A DNA stretch of 45,549 bases from Betaproteobacteria bacterium (GTDB lineage Bacteria; Pseudomonadota; Gammaproteobacteria; Burkholderiales; SG8-41). The notes below the pieces were generated by a model. It searched no databases and was not told the DNA's origin. It saw nothing but the letters and a program-made list of their open reading frames with translations. Of the stretch, positions 20,161 to 30,236 are shown piece after piece; position 1 is the first letter of the stretch, and each line of letters opens with the position of its first letter. The stretch spans positions 1 through 45,549 of the forward strand of contig JANYCE010000322.1 of assembly GCA_025360445.1 (NCBI GenBank), in the 5' to 3' direction. Both the position numbers and the translations under genes were made by a program.

Positions 20161-21075
20161 TCAAGCGAGCGCAGGTTGGCCGGACGCGACAAACGCAGGC
20201 GCGTCTTCGGGCCGCTCGAAACTCACGTACTCCCACGCATCCTTCTCTTCGAGCAACCGGCGCAACAGCCGGTTGTTGAGCGCATGGCCCGACTTGTGCG
20301 CGACAAAAGCGCCAATGACCGGATGACCGAGCAGATAAAGGTCGCCGATTGCGTCGAGCACCTTGTGCTTGACGAACTCATCGTCGTAACGCAGGCCGTC
20401 GTTGTTGAGCACGCGATATTCGTCCAGCACAATCGCGTTATCAAGCGAACCGCCGAGCGCCAGGCCCTGGCCGCGCATCCACTCGACTTCGTGCATGAAT
20501 CCAAAGGTGCGGGCGCGGCTCACTTCCCTGATGTAAGAGGTCGCCGCAAAATCCACGGACACCGACTTGGCCGAATTCGCAAACACGGGATGATCAAAAT
20601 CGATGCTGAAGTCGATCTTAAAGCCGTTGTGAGGCTCAAAGCGCGCGGACTTGTCGCCATCGTTGACTTCAACTGTTTTTAAAATTCGAATAAACCGCTT
20701 GGCGGCGGTCTGCTCTTCTATACCCGCTGATTGCAGCAGAAAAACAAAAGGGCCCGCGCTGCCATCCATGATCGGCACCTCGCCTGCGGAGACATCGACA
20801 TAAATGTTATCGATGCCCAGCCCCGCCAACGCCGACATCAGGTGCTCGACCGTCGATACCCTGACGCCATCGCGTTCAAGGCACGACGACAGACGCGTAT
20901 CACCCACGAAATACGGGTCAGCCTTGATGTCAACCGGTTGCGCGAGATCGACGCGCCTAAAGACGACGCCCGTGTTCGGCGCAGCCGGACGCAAGGTCAG
21001 ATACACCTTTTCACCCGTGTGCAAACCGACACCCGTGGCGCGGATAATGGTTTTGAGCGTGCGTTGCTTGATCAC
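20161..21075 (-). CDS. lpxC: UDP-3-O-acyl-N-acetylglucosamine deacetylase
   Basis: N-terminus [20 protein letters not shown] plus conserved [10 protein letters not shown] and HALNN motifs. Confidence 0.97.
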   Translation of the reverse strand: MIKQRTLKTIIRATGVGLHTGEKVYLTLRPAAPNTGVVFRRVDLAQPVDIKADPYFVGDTRLSSCLERDGVRVSTVEHLMSALAGLGIDNIYVDVSAGEVPIMDGSAGPFVFLLQSAGIEEQTAAKRFIRILKTVEVNDGDKSARFEPHNGFKIDFSIDFDHPVFANSAKSVSVDFAATSYIREVSRARTFGFMHEVEWMRGQGLALGGSLDNAIVLDEYRVLNNDGLRYDDEFVKHKVLDAIGDLYLLGHPVIGAFVAHKSGHALNNRLLRRLLEEKDAWEYVSFERPEDAPAFVASGQPALA

Positions 21076-21293
21076 AAATTTAACTCGTTGATTTCTATGT
21101 TACTTAGATCACATTTTAACACGTTCGATTACCCAGTTAGTGCGCACCCTACAACCAAGCCGCTTGCCCCGAGTGCATCATCACCCGAGGTTCCGTCAAA
21201 AATTGCGCGACGTTTAAATTAACGAAGATAGCCCCCATCAGGCACACAGCCGCGCAGCGCTTACATTTTCGACGTTGCTTCGTAATTTCGTAA

Positions 21294-22451
21294 TCAATCT
21301 GCCTGCTTGCGCAGGAATGCGGGGATATCCAGCATGTCCACGCCCGATTGACGCAACGCTTCGACAGTCTGATTACGGTTGCGCCGCATGACCGCCGGCT
21401 GATCGAGTTCCTCGTAGTTCACCGCGCCGCTTACCATCCCATCAGTCCCCGTCGCTTGCACGACCAGTAATGGTTTCGTCTGGATGCGCGCGTGGGCTTT
21501 GCCGAGTCCCGTCGCCACAATTGTCACCCGCAGTTCGTCGCCCAGCGACTCGTCATACACGGCGCCCGTGATCACTGTCGCCGACTCGGCCGCAAACGCC
21601 TTGATCACGTCCATCACGTCATACACTTCCTGCAACTGGAAAAGCGATTTGCTGGCCGAGATATTGACCAGCACGCCACGTGCGTCGGCGATATCGATGT
21701 CCTCAAGCAATGGGCACGCAACCGCCTGTTCAGCCGCCATGCGCGCGCGGTCGGTGCCGGCAGCTTTGGCTGAACCCATCATCGCCATGCCGGTTTCCGA
21801 CATAACCGTTTTAACGTCGGCGAAGTCGACGTTGATCATGCCGGGGTGGCTGATAATTTCTGCGATGCCGGCGACCGCGCCATGCAATACGTCGTTGGCC
21901 GCGCGAAACGCCTCGTCGAGCGTTACCTGGTTGCCCAAAACCTGCATCAGCTTGTCGTTCGGAATCACGATCAGCGAGTTCACATGTTGCGACAACGCTT
22001 CGAGACCTTCGAGTGCTATCCGTTGGCGTTTGCCTTCGAAGGCGAACGGTTTCGTAACGACGGCGACCGTAAGAATGCCAAGTTCACGCGCAATTTCCGC
22101 CACGACCGGCGCCGCCCCGGTGCCGGTGCCGCCGCCCATGCCGGCTGTTAAAAATAACATGTCGGCGCCGCTGATCAAGTCGATGATGCGCTCGCGATCC
22201 TCAAGTGCTGCCTGACGGCCCACTTCCGGATTAGCGCCCGCCCCGAGCCCTTTGGTAATTTCCGGGCCGAGCTGCAATTGCGTGCGCGCCTGCGAGCGTT
22301 TTAACGCCTGCATGTCGGTGTTGGCGCAGATGAATTCGACGCCATTAACGCCGTTGGCGATCATGTGATCGACCGCATTGCCGCCGCAGCCGCCGACCCC
22401 GATGACTTTGATAACCGCTACCTGAGATGGAACTTCCATGATTTCAAACAT
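21294..22451 (-). CDS. ftsZ: Cell division GTPase FtsZ
   Basis: Tubulin signature GGGTGTGAAPV, the NTD...ANDVL motifs and the C-terminal conserved peptide DIPAFLRKQAD. Confidence 0.97.
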   Translation of the reverse strand: MFEIMEVPSQVAVIKVIGVGGCGGNAVDHMIANGVNGVEFICANTDMQALKRSQARTQLQLGPEITKGLGAGANPEVGRQAALEDRERIIDLISGADMLFLTAGMGGGTGTGAAPVVAEIARELGILTVAVVTKPFAFEGKRQRIALEGLEALSQHVNSLIVIPNDKLMQVLGNQVTLDEAFRAANDVLHGAVAGIAEIISHPGMINVDFADVKTVMSETGMAMMGSAKAAGTDRARMAAEQAVACPLLEDIDIADARGVLVNISASKSLFQLQEVYDVMDVIKAFAAESATVITGAVYDESLGDELRVTIVATGLGKAHARIQTKPLLVVQATGTDGMVSGAVNYEELDQPAVMRRNRNQTVEALRQSGVDMLDIPAFLRKQAD

Positions 22452-22535
22452 AGTTGTCTCCTGTGACTAAAGTAAAAAACAAAAATTTCGATAGGTGAAC
22501 CTGTTTGCTGCTGAATGGCGTGTTGCGGGTGCCCA

Positions 22536-23774
22536 TTAAAAATTTCCCTTGAACCAACTTTTCATGCGCTCGATCAAACCACCGAGCGTAGTTAACTGCG
22601 CCTGCGCGAGATGGTGCTGGCGCTGTTGCTGTAAACCGAGCATCAGCAGCCCGACCGCCGTCGCATAGCGCGGATTGCGCACGACTTCGGAAAGTCCGCC
22701 GTGATACTGCGGCTGACCAATGCGCACCGGCATATGAAAAATCTCTTCACCAAGTTCGACCATGCCCTGCATTGAACTTGAGCCGCCGGTCAAGACGATT
22801 CCCGATGACAACAATTCTTCGTAACCTGAGCGGCGCAACTCGGCCTGCACCAGCGAATAGAGTTCCTCGATGCGCGGCTCGATCACCTCCGCGAGCGTCT
22901 GGCGCGACAACTGCCGCGCACTGCGTTCGCCAATGCCGGGCACCTCGACCATTTGCTGCGGATCGGCGAGTTGCTTCAAAGCGCAGCCGTAGCGGCGCTT
23001 GATGTCTTCCGCATCTTTGGTCGGCGTGCGCAGCGCCATTGCGATGTCGTTGGTGATCTGATCGCCGGCAATTGGAATTACGCCCGTATGGCGGATCGCG
23101 CCTTGCGTGAAAATCGCGATGTCGGTGGTGCCGCCGCCAATGTCGACCAGGCACACGCCGAGATCCTTTTCGTCTTCCGACACTACCGCGGTTGCCGAGG
23201 CAAGCGGCTGCAGAATCAGATCGTTAACCTCGAGACCGCAGCGCCGCACGCATTTTATGATGTTCTGCGCCGCGGATACCGCGCCAGTGACGATATGCAC
23301 ATTAACTTCGAGCCGCACGCCGCTCATGCCGAGCGGTTCGCGCACGTCGCCCTGGCCATCGACGATAAATTCCTGATTGAGAATGTGCAGCACCTGCTGG
23401 TCGGTCGGAATCGGAATCGCTTTGGCGGTCTCGATTACGCGCTCGACGTCCTGTTGCGTGACTTCGCGATCCTTGATGGCCACCATGCCACGCGAGTTGA
23501 TGCTTTTTATGTGGCTGCCTGCTATGCCGGTGTAGACGTCGGTGATCTTGCAGTCCGCCATGAGTTCGGCTTCTTCGAGCGCGCGCTGGATCGCACCTAC
23601 GGTCGCCTCGATATTGACTACCACCCCTTTGCGCAGGCCTTTTGACGAATGACCGCCCATGCCGATGATTTCATAGCCGCCGTCAGCTTTGACTTCGGCA
23701 ACAATCGCCGCGATCTTGGACGTGCCTATGTCCAGGCCGACAATCAGCTTCTTAATTTCCTTGGCCTTGCTCAT
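22536..23774 (-). CDS. ftsA: Cell division protein FtsA
   Basis: True start is ATG 23774 (MSKAKEIKKLIVGLDIGTSKI). Actin-like ATPase motifs (DIGGGTTDIA). The track ORF continues 205 codons upstream through ftsQ, which is an artefact. Confidence 0.96.
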   Translation of the reverse strand: MSKAKEIKKLIVGLDIGTSKIAAIVAEVKADGGYEIIGMGGHSSKGLRKGVVVNIEATVGAIQRALEEAELMADCKITDVYTGIAGSHIKSINSRGMVAIKDREVTQQDVERVIETAKAIPIPTDQQVLHILNQEFIVDGQGDVREPLGMSGVRLEVNVHIVTGAVSAAQNIIKCVRRCGLEVNDLILQPLASATAVVSEDEKDLGVCLVDIGGGTTDIAIFTQGAIRHTGVIPIAGDQITNDIAMALRTPTKDAEDIKRRYGCALKQLADPQQMVEVPGIGERSARQLSRQTLAEVIEPRIEELYSLVQAELRRSGYEELLSSGIVLTGGSSSMQGMVELGEEIFHMPVRIGQPQYHGGLSEVVRNPRYATAVGLLMLGLQQQRQHHLAQAQLTTLGGLIERMKSWFKGNF

Positions 23775-23790
23775 CTGTTCCTCGTAGTCC

Positions 23791-24555
23791 TCAGCCTGTC
23801 GAGCGCGGCAATTTGCGCGCGAGCGGTTTATCGGTTTGCTCGCGTGCGAGTTCAGGTATGCCGACGGCGAAGCCGTTCGGATAACGTAAGTCGACATAAC
23901 TGAGTCGGCGCTGCAGCCGACCGACCGTGCGTTCGTAGGTGGCGACGAAGCGGTCAAGCCGCGCTTCGACATGTTCGCGGCCAAGCTGCAACGTCGTGCC
24001 GCTCGAGAGCCGCACTTGCCACGCGCGGCGCGGCGAGACCTGCACCTGCACGGGCGCCAAACCCAGCGGCGCGAGACTGCGACTGAAGTACGCGTACTGA
24101 ATAGCGATTTCCTTCGCACTGCCTGGCGGTCCGACAAACAGCGGCAGATTGCGGGCCGGTGTGCTATCGAACGCACCCCCAAACAACTCACCATAGGTAT
24201 TGACCAGCGCATCGGCGGCCCAGCGGCCCAGCGGCACATGCTCTTCGAGCGAAACCTCGAGGCGGTCCGGCCACTGGCGCCGCACGTTGACATTGCGCAC
24301 CCACGGCAGTTTTTCGAATCCCGCACGTGCGCGCTCGAGGTCGAGCGTGAAGAAATTGCCGTTAACTTCGCGTGCGACGGTGGCCTCAATTTGCGCGGCG
24401 GTCACCTGCCCGAGCGCGTGCGTGATGCGCACCTCACGCAACGGAAATACCGGCAGCCGCATTGCGAAGTGCAACGCTGCGTAGCCGATCAGCACGAACG
24501 CGAAGGCGAACAGCGCGTTCGCAACGCCGTTAAGCGCGGCGGGCTTATCCCACAT
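23791..24555 (-). CDS. ftsQ: Cell division protein FtsQ
   Basis: Single N-terminal TM helix followed by POTRA/FtsQ domains. The start overlaps the ddl stop by 11 nt. Position between ddl and ftsA. Confidence 0.92.
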   Translation of the reverse strand: MWDKPAALNGVANALFAFAFVLIGYAALHFAMRLPVFPLREVRITHALGQVTAAQIEATVAREVNGNFFTLDLERARAGFEKLPWVRNVNVRRQWPDRLEVSLEEHVPLGRWAADALVNTYGELFGGAFDSTPARNLPLFVGPPGSAKEIAIQYAYFSRSLAPLGLAPVQVQVSPRRAWQVRLSSGTTLQLGREHVEARLDRFVATYERTVGRLQRRLSYVDLRYPNGFAVGIPELAREQTDKPLARKLPRSTG

Positions 24556-25456
24556 GCGCGAGCTCCAAAATTTTTATCACGAGTTCGTCGAATTCGATAC
24601 CCGCTGCGCGCGCCGCCATGGGCGCCAGCGAATGCCCGGTCATGCCCGGTGCTGTATTCATTTCAAGCAGAAACGCCTGGCCGTCATCGCGCAGCATCAG
24701 ATCGGCGCGTCCCCAGCCGGCACAGCCCAGCGCGGCGGCCGCCCGCATGACTACTTCCTGCAAATCACTTTCCTGCTCAGGGGGCAACCCGCTCGGGCAG
24801 TGATACTTCGTGTCGTCGCTGAAATATTTGTTCTGATAATCGTAGTTGCCCTGCGGCGCCTCGATGCGAATCAGCGGCAACGCGCGGTCGTGCAGAAATG
24901 CAGCGGTAAGCTCACGCCCGCTGATGAATTCTTCAGCGATCACGAGCGTGTCGCACTTAGCCGCCAGCTCGTACGCCGCTTCGATTTGTTCCAGACTGGT
25001 TACTTTAGTAAGCCCGATACTCGAACCCTCGTGCACCGGTTTCACGATTAACGGCAGTCCCAGTTCCTGATGAACTGCCGCCCAGTCACTCGCCGCTGAC
25101 AACACGACGTGGCGCGGCGTCGGGATGCCGGTCGCGCGCCAGATCAGCTTGGTGCGCAATTTATCCATGCACAGCGCGGACGCCATTACGCCGCTGCCGG
25201 TATATGGAATACCCATCGTCTCAAGCGCGCCCTGCACCGTGCCATCTTCGCCATAGCGGCCATGCAGGATCAGGAACGCGCGCGCATAGCCCTCGCTTTT
25301 CAGCTCGAACAACTCGCGCTCGGCCGGATCGAACGCATGCGCATCCACGCCCGAGCGGCGCAGTCCCTCAAGCACGTTCTTACCCGACATCAGCGAGATT
25401 TCGCGCTCGGCGGAGCGTCCGCCCATCAACACTGCGACTTTTCCGAATTCAGACAC
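24545..25456 (-). CDS. ddl: D-alanine--D-alanine ligase
   Basis: The [23 protein letters not shown]-terminus and ATP-grasp domain are typical of Ddl. I favour GTG 25456, which has AGGAG 8 nt upstream and gives 303 aa, close to E. coli DdlB. The track's GTG at 25507 would add 17 residues. Confidence 0.9.
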   Translation of the reverse strand: MSEFGKVAVLMGGRSAEREISLMSGKNVLEGLRRSGVDAHAFDPAERELFELKSEGYARAFLILHGRYGEDGTVQGALETMGIPYTGSGVMASALCMDKLRTKLIWRATGIPTPRHVVLSAASDWAAVHQELGLPLIVKPVHEGSSIGLTKVTSLEQIEAAYELAAKCDTLVIAEEFISGRELTAAFLHDRALPLIRIEAPQGNYDYQNKYFSDDTKYHCPSGLPPEQESDLQEVVMRAAAALGCAGWGRADLMLRDDGQAFLLEMNTAPGMTGHSLAPMAARAAGIEFDELVIKILELAHVG

Positions 25457-25462
25457 CGTGTG
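25420..25462. repeat. Direct repeat copy A: the functional ddl 5' end
   Basis: 43 nt identical to 25556-25598 except at 2 positions (25448 t/c, 25458 g/a). The copies are offset by 136 nt. Confidence 0.95.
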
Positions 25463-25595
25463 CGCTCCTGCGTAGCCCGTCGAGGCGGCCGCCACGCGCG
25501 CCTGCACGGTCGCATCCCCGCCATGCGGGGCCCCTGCTCTTCGTTCCGGCGCGCTCGCCCATCAACACTGCGACTTTTCCGAACTCAGACACCAT
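25449..25595 (-). other. Relay uORF / ddl 5' remnant: 48 codons starting at the ancestral ddl ATG, which overlaps the murB stop
   Basis: ATG 25595 lies inside ATGGTGTCTGA at the murB stop. The ORF encodes [13 protein letters not shown]..., the same 12 residues as the Ddl N-terminus, then diverges. It is out of frame with ddl and ends at TGA 25451-25449, overlapping GTG 25456 (GTGTCTGA). Confidence 0.4.
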
Positions 25596-25598
25596 GTG
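25556..25598. repeat. Direct repeat copy B: duplicated ddl 5' end at the murB stop
   Basis: See copy A. This copy contains the murB stop codon (25585-25587) and an intact ATG at 25593-25595. Confidence 0.95.
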
Positions 25599-26493
25599 GC
25601 TCACCCACGATGCGCACTTCACGTTCGAGTTCGATATCAAATTTTTGTTTTACCGCAGCACGCGCGAGCTCGATCAACGTTTCAATGTCGGCGGCGCGCG
25701 CGCCGCCGGTATTGACGATGAAATTCGCGTGCTTCTCCGAAATCATTGCGCCCCCTTGCACGCGGCCCTTCAGGCCGCAGGCTTCTATCAGGCGCGCGGC
25801 ATAGTCATTTGGCGGATTGCGAAATACCGAGCCCGCATTTGGCAGATTAAGTGGCTGCGCCGCGATGCGCCGCTCGAGCAGCGCTTTAATTGTCGCGCGC
25901 GACTTCGCGCCATCGCCGGGCAGCAATTTGAAACGCGCGGCGACGAACCACTCTTCCGCGCCGTGTCGCAGGATCACCCGGCGATACCCGATTTCGTAAT
26001 TCGCCGGCGTCCGCTGGCGCAACAGACCGGTGCGATCGAGCGTGGTAACGCTCTCGACGATGCCCCAGGTTTCACCGCCATAGCAGCCTGCGTTCATCGC
26101 CAGCGCGCCGCCAATGGTGCCAGGGACGCCGGCCATGAATTCGGCGCCTACCAGTTCGTGCAGGGCGGCGAAGCGTGCAAGTTTGGGGCTCGGCACGCCG
26201 CCCTCAGCGTAAATGGCAGTGCGCTCGGCGCGTATTTCCTTGAGCGAACCGTGCGTGAAAATTACAGTGCCGCGCAGTCCGCCGTCGCGCACAAGCAAAT
26301 TGCTGCCGAGCCCGACGACATAGAGCGGCTCGTTGCGCGGCAGCGATGCAATGAATAGCCGCATATCTTCCAGATCAACCGGCACGTAGGCGCGATCGAC
26401 GCTGCCGCCGGCGCGCCAACTGGTGTGGCGTGCCATCGGCTCGTCGCGCCGCAGCTCGCCCCACAGCATATTTTTCTGGTCTGCCATGTTCAT
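25585..26493 (-). CDS. murB: UDP-N-acetylenolpyruvoylglucosamine reductase
   Basis: FAD-binding PCMH domain (GGS..RAYVP, GLGSNLLVRDGG) and a MurB C-terminal domain. Position between murC and ddl. Confidence 0.95.
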   Translation of the reverse strand: MNMADQKNMLWGELRRDEPMARHTSWRAGGSVDRAYVPVDLEDMRLFIASLPRNEPLYVVGLGSNLLVRDGGLRGTVIFTHGSLKEIRAERTAIYAEGGVPSPKLARFAALHELVGAEFMAGVPGTIGGALAMNAGCYGGETWGIVESVTTLDRTGLLRQRTPANYEIGYRRVILRHGAEEWFVAARFKLLPGDGAKSRATIKALLERRIAAQPLNLPNAGSVFRNPPNDYAARLIEACGLKGRVQGGAMISEKHANFIVNTGGARAADIETLIELARAAVKQKFDIELEREVRIVGEPHGV

Positions 26494-26503
26494 CGTATTC
26501 GCA

Positions 26504-27907
26504 TCACGCGTGACTGCCGCTCAACATTGCGGGTACTGCGCCAATGGAACCCGCCCCCATCGTCAGCACCACGTCGCCGGCCACAATTGCGTTGTCGAGT
26601 GCCGCCGGAATGTCCATTACCTGCTCGACGAAGATCGGCTCCACCTTGCCCTGCACACGAACTGCGCGCGCAAGTGCGCGTCCGTCGGCCGCCACGATCG
26701 GCGCCTCGCCCGCGGCATAAACCTCAGTCAGTAACAACACGTCGACCGTGCTCAGCACACGTGCGAAGTCTTCGAAGCAATCGCGCGTGCGCGTGTAGCG
26801 GTGCGGCTGAAATGCGAGCACCAGGCGGCGGCCCGGAAACGCCCCGCGCGCTGCCGCCAGCGTCGCTACCATTTCCGTTGGGTGATGACCGTAGTCATCG
26901 ATCAAAGTGTAATGACCGCCTTTTTGCAACGCTATTTCGCCATAGCGCTCGAAGCGGCGGCCGACGCCTTTGAAGTCGGCCAGCGCGCGCACAATGGCGG
27001 CGTCCGCGGCGCCGACTTCCATGCCGACTGCGATCGCCGCAAGCGCATTCAACACGTTGTGCGCACCGGCCAGATTAAGAGTGACGGCCAGGTCAGGCAG
27101 TTTCGTGCCGCGTGCATCACTACGCTGCACTCTAAAGTGCATGCGGCCCGCGTCAGCCTGCACATCGACTGCGCGCACTTGCGCGGCCTCCGAAAATCCG
27201 TACGTCGTGACCGGCTTGGTTATAGCGGGCATGATTTCACGCACGTTGGGATCATCGACGCACAACACCGCTGAACCGTAGAACGGCAGCCGTTGCACGA
27301 AATCGAGAAACGCCTGACGCAGCCGGCCGAAGTAATGGCCATACGTTTCCATATGGTCAGCATCGATGTTGGTAACCACGGCCAGCACTGGCGCAAGGTA
27401 CAAAAAAGATGCGTCCGATTCGTCGGCCTCGGCCACAATGAATTCGCCGCTGCCGAGCTTGGCGTGCGAGCCCGCCGCTTCTAACCGGCCGCCAATGACG
27501 AAAGTGGGATCCATACCCGCTTCGGCAAGCACGCTGGCGACGAGGCTTGTCGTAGTGGTCTTGCCATGCGTGCCCGCCACCGCGATGCCGTTTTTAAAGC
27601 GCATCAACTCGGCCAGCATCATCGCGCGCGGCACCACCGGAATCTTGTTCGCGCGCGCCGCCATGACTTCCGGATTGTCTTCCTTGACCGCGCTCGAAAT
27701 CACGACGGCATCGGCAGCGGCGATATTCTCGGCGGCATGACCCTGCATAATTTTGGCGCCGAGCTTGTGCAGGCGGCGGGTGACGGCGTTATCGTTCAAA
27801 TCCGAGCCGCTCACTTCAAAGCCGAGATTGCACAACACCTCGGCGATGCCGCTCATGCCGGAGCCGCCTATGCCGACGAAGTGAACCCGTTTGACTTTAT
27901 ATTTCAT
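26504..27907 (-). CDS. murC: UDP-N-acetylmuramate--L-alanine ligase
   Basis: N-terminus [25 protein letters not shown] and Mur ligase motif [10 protein letters not shown]. Confidence 0.96.
   Translation of the reverse strand: MKYKVKRVHFVGIGGSGMSGIAEVLCNLGFEVSGSDLNDNAVTRRLHKLGAKIMQGHAAENIAAADAVVISSAVKEDNPEVMAARANKIPVVPRAMMLAELMRFKNGIAVAGTHGKTTTTSLVASVLAEAGMDPTFVIGGRLEAAGSHAKLGSGEFIVAEADESDASFLYLAPVLAVVTNIDADHMETYGHYFGRLRQAFLDFVQRLPFYGSAVLCVDDPNVREIMPAITKPVTTYGFSEAAQVRAVDVQADAGRMHFRVQRSDARGTKLPDLAVTLNLAGAHNVLNALAAIAVGMEVGAADAAIVRALADFKGVGRRFERYGEIALQKGGHYTLIDDYGHHPTEMVATLAAARGAFPGRRLVLAFQPHRYTRTRDCFEDFARVLSTVDVLLLTEVYAAGEAPIVAADGRALARAVRVQGKVEPIFVEQVMDIPAALDNAIVAGDVVLTMGAGSIGAVPAMLSGSHA
27880..27907. 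repeat. Direct repeat copy 1: the functional murC 5' end
   Basis: 28 nt identical to 27940-27967 except at one position (27899 a / 27959 g, a synonymous TAT/TAC change). The offset is exactly 60 nt. Confidence 0.95.
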
Positions 27908-27922
27908 TGCATCTCGTCTAAT

Positions 27923-27967
27923 TTATGCAGGCAAAAAAGAGTGAACCCGTTTGACTTTGTATTTCAT
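27923..27967 (-). other. Relay uORF / murC 5' remnant: 14 codons ([14 protein letters not shown]) starting at the ATG that overlaps the murG stop
   Basis: ATG 27967 overlaps the murG TGA (ATGA) and keeps the GAGG Shine-Dalgarno inside the murG 3' end. The first 9 codons equal the murC N-terminus. The TAA at 27925-27923 lies 15 nt before the real murC ATG. Confidence 0.4.
27940..27967. repeat. Direct repeat copy 2: duplicated murC 5' end at the murG stop
   Basis: See copy 1. Confidence 0.95.
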
Positions 27968-29061
27968 GCCGCCAACCTCATGCATTCAGCGGCAACCGCT
28001 TGCGTTGCATCGGGCTTTGCGCAGCTGCGCGCCTTTTGCGCCATGCCGAGCAGAGCCTCGCGCGTAAAGCCGCGCAACAAATCCGCCAGGGTTTGCGCGT
28101 TCAATTCAGATTGCGGAACGAGCACCGCGGCGCCACGCTCGCTTAAGAAACGCGCGTTATGCGTTTGGTGGTCATCGACCGCATGCGGAAATGGCACGAG
28201 CACGCTTGCAATACCGGCGGCGGCGAGTTCGGCGATTGTTGACGCGCCCGCTCGGCAAATTACGAGGTCGGTCGCTGCATACTGCGCCGCCATGTCGGCG
28301 ATGAACGCAACGGGCATCACACTCACGCCGGCGCGTCGGTAGTTCGCCTCGACTTCAGCCAGATGACGCGCGCCTGATTGATGCGTGACCTGTGGCCGCT
28401 CCGATTCGGGCAGCAGAGCGAGCGCCTGCGGCACAGTCGCATTCAGTGCCTGCGCACCGAGACTGCCGCCAATGACCGTAAGCCGTAACACGCCGGAGCG
28501 CGCGCCATACCGCGTTACAGGTTCGGCGATCGCGGCAATTTCATCGCGCACGGGGTTGCCCGTCCAAATCACCGCAGTTGAATCGGGGAGCGGCGACGGA
28601 AAGCCGCCGAGCACACGATCGGCAACTTTCGCGAGCACCTTATTGGCCAGGCCGGCAATCGAATTTTGCTCATGTACAGCAAGCGGCCGGTTCAATAGGC
28701 TCGCCATCATCCCGCCGGGGAACGATACATAACCGCCCATGCCGAGCACGACATCAGGACGGTGAGTGAATATCGCGCGCGCGCTTTGCCAAAATGCAAT
28801 CAACAACTGAAGCGGCAACAGCATAAAGCGCAGCGCACCCTTGCCGCGCACGCCGGTCATGGCGATCCATGCCATCGTGTAGCCTTTCGGCGGGACGAGC
28901 GTTGCCTCCATACCGGTCTTAGCACCGAGCCACACGATGTTCCAACCGCGCGCGCGCAAGCAGTCGGCCACCGCCAGCGCGGGAAAAATATGCCCGCCGG
29001 TGCCGCCTGCCATGATCATGATGGTGCGCGACACGGGCGAAGCAACGGGTGACGTGCTCAT
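27964..29061 (-). CDS. murG: Undecaprenyldiphospho-muramoylpentapeptide beta-N-acetylglucosaminyltransferase
   Basis: True start is ATG 29061, overlapping the ftsW stop (ATGA). The [18 protein letters not shown] motif is present. The track ORF is extended 365 codons upstream, which is an artefact. Confidence 0.95.
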   Translation of the reverse strand: MSTSPVASPVSRTIMIMAGGTGGHIFPALAVADCLRARGWNIVWLGAKTGMEATLVPPKGYTMAWIAMTGVRGKGALRFMLLPLQLLIAFWQSARAIFTHRPDVVLGMGGYVSFPGGMMASLLNRPLAVHEQNSIAGLANKVLAKVADRVLGGFPSPLPDSTAVIWTGNPVRDEIAAIAEPVTRYGARSGVLRLTVIGGSLGAQALNATVPQALALLPESERPQVTHQSGARHLAEVEANYRRAGVSVMPVAFIADMAAQYAATDLVICRAGASTIAELAAAGIASVLVPFPHAVDDHQTHNARFLSERGAAVLVPQSELNAQTLADLLRGFTREALLGMAQKARSCAKPDATQAVAAECMRLAA

Positions 29062-30236
29062 ATCTTTACCCCGCGCAGCAACTGTCTGTTTTCCCAATCG
29101 ACGCGCAGTAGCACCGCCAGTGCGCAGCAATTGGCCGCAATGCCGCTGCCGCCGAAAGACAACAATGGCAGCGTGAGTCCCTTGGTCGGCAGCACACCCA
29201 TGTTGACGCCCATGTTGATGAGCGCCTGCACGCCGAGCCACAAGCCGATACCCTGCGCAACGAGCGCCGGGAATGCGCGCTCGAGCGATGCGGCCTGCCG
29301 GCCGATGGCGAATGCGCGCGCGATGATCGTTACAAACAATATGATGACAAGCGCGACACCCGCGAAGCCGAGCTCCTCCGCAATCACGGCGAGCAGGAAA
29401 TCGGTATGCGCTTCGGGCAGATAAAACAATTTCTCGACGCTCGCGCCCAGGCCCACGCCCAGCCATTCGCCGCGCCCGAACGCGATCAGCGCGTGTGAAA
29501 GCTGGTAGCCCTTGCCGAATGGATCGGCCCACGGGTCCATGAAGCCGACCACGCGCTGCATTCGGTATGGCGAGAGCCAAATGAGAAGCACGAAGCCGAC
29601 GATCAATAAAACGATCAGCCCGGCGAACGGTTTCCAGTTGACCCCACCCAGAAACAGGATGCCCATTGCAATGACCGTGATAACCGCAAAAGCGCCGAAA
29701 TCCGGCTCCCGCAACAGGAGGCCGCCTACCAGCAGCATGACGACGAACAGCGGCAGAAATCCCTTGGTCAGGCTGTGCATATGCGCGGACTTGCGCACCG
29801 TGTAGTCGGCTGCGTATAGCACCGCAAATAATTTCATCAGCTCGGACGGCTGCAGATTGAATACGTATAGCGACAGCCAGCGCTGACTGCCGTTGACTTC
29901 GCGCCCGACGCCCGGCACCAGCACGAGCACCAGCAAGCCGGCGCCAAACAAGAAGAGTAATGGCGCCGCCTTCTGCCAGGTGCGCAGCGGCAATTGAAAG
30001 GCGAGCGTGGCCATGCACAAACTGATCGCCAGATACAGACCATGCCGCATCAGGTAATACATCGGCTGCTGGCCGGTCATGCGGCTGGCTTCGGCAATCG
30101 CGATGGACGACGAATAAACCATTACGAGACCGAGTGCCAACAACGCAACTGCACTCCACGCCAGCGCCGAATCGTATTCGGCGGGTGGCGGACGGCTTTT
30201 GACATCCGCATAAAAGAGCGAGCTCGCGTTAGCCAC
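29058..30236 (-). CDS. ftsW: Peptidoglycan glycosyltransferase FtsW (SEDS family)
   Basis: Polytopic SEDS protein. I place the start at GTG 30236, which overlaps the murD stop by 8 nt. The longer track ORF runs deep into murD. Confidence 0.9.
   Translation of the reverse strand: MANASSLFYADVKSRPPPAEYDSALAWSAVALLALGLVMVYSSSIAIAEASRMTGQQPMYYLMRHGLYLAISLCMATLAFQLPLRTWQKAAPLLFLFGAGLLVLVLVPGVGREVNGSQRWLSLYVFNLQPSELMKLFAVLYAADYTVRKSAHMHSLTKGFLPLFVVMLLVGGLLLREPDFGAFAVITVIAMGILFLGGVNWKPFAGLIVLLIVGFVLLIWLSPYRMQRVVGFMDPWADPFGKGYQLSHALIAFGRGEWLGVGLGASVEKLFYLPEAHTDFLLAVIAEELGFAGVALVIILFVTIIARAFAIGRQAASLERAFPALVAQGIGLWLGVQALINMGVNMGVLPTKGLTLPLLSFGGSGIAANCCALAVLLRVDWENRQLLRGVKI

Noticed and set aside
23775-24389. 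205-codon in-frame upstream extension of ftsA through ftsQ, and the analogous 366-codon extension of murG (29062-30159) through ftsW.
   Set aside because: The conserved N-termini of FtsA (MSKAKEIKKLIVGLDIGTSK) and MurG begin at internal ATGs with the usual operon spacing or ATGA overlap. The extensions overlap bona fide genes in another frame and look like random Arg/Ser-rich sequence.
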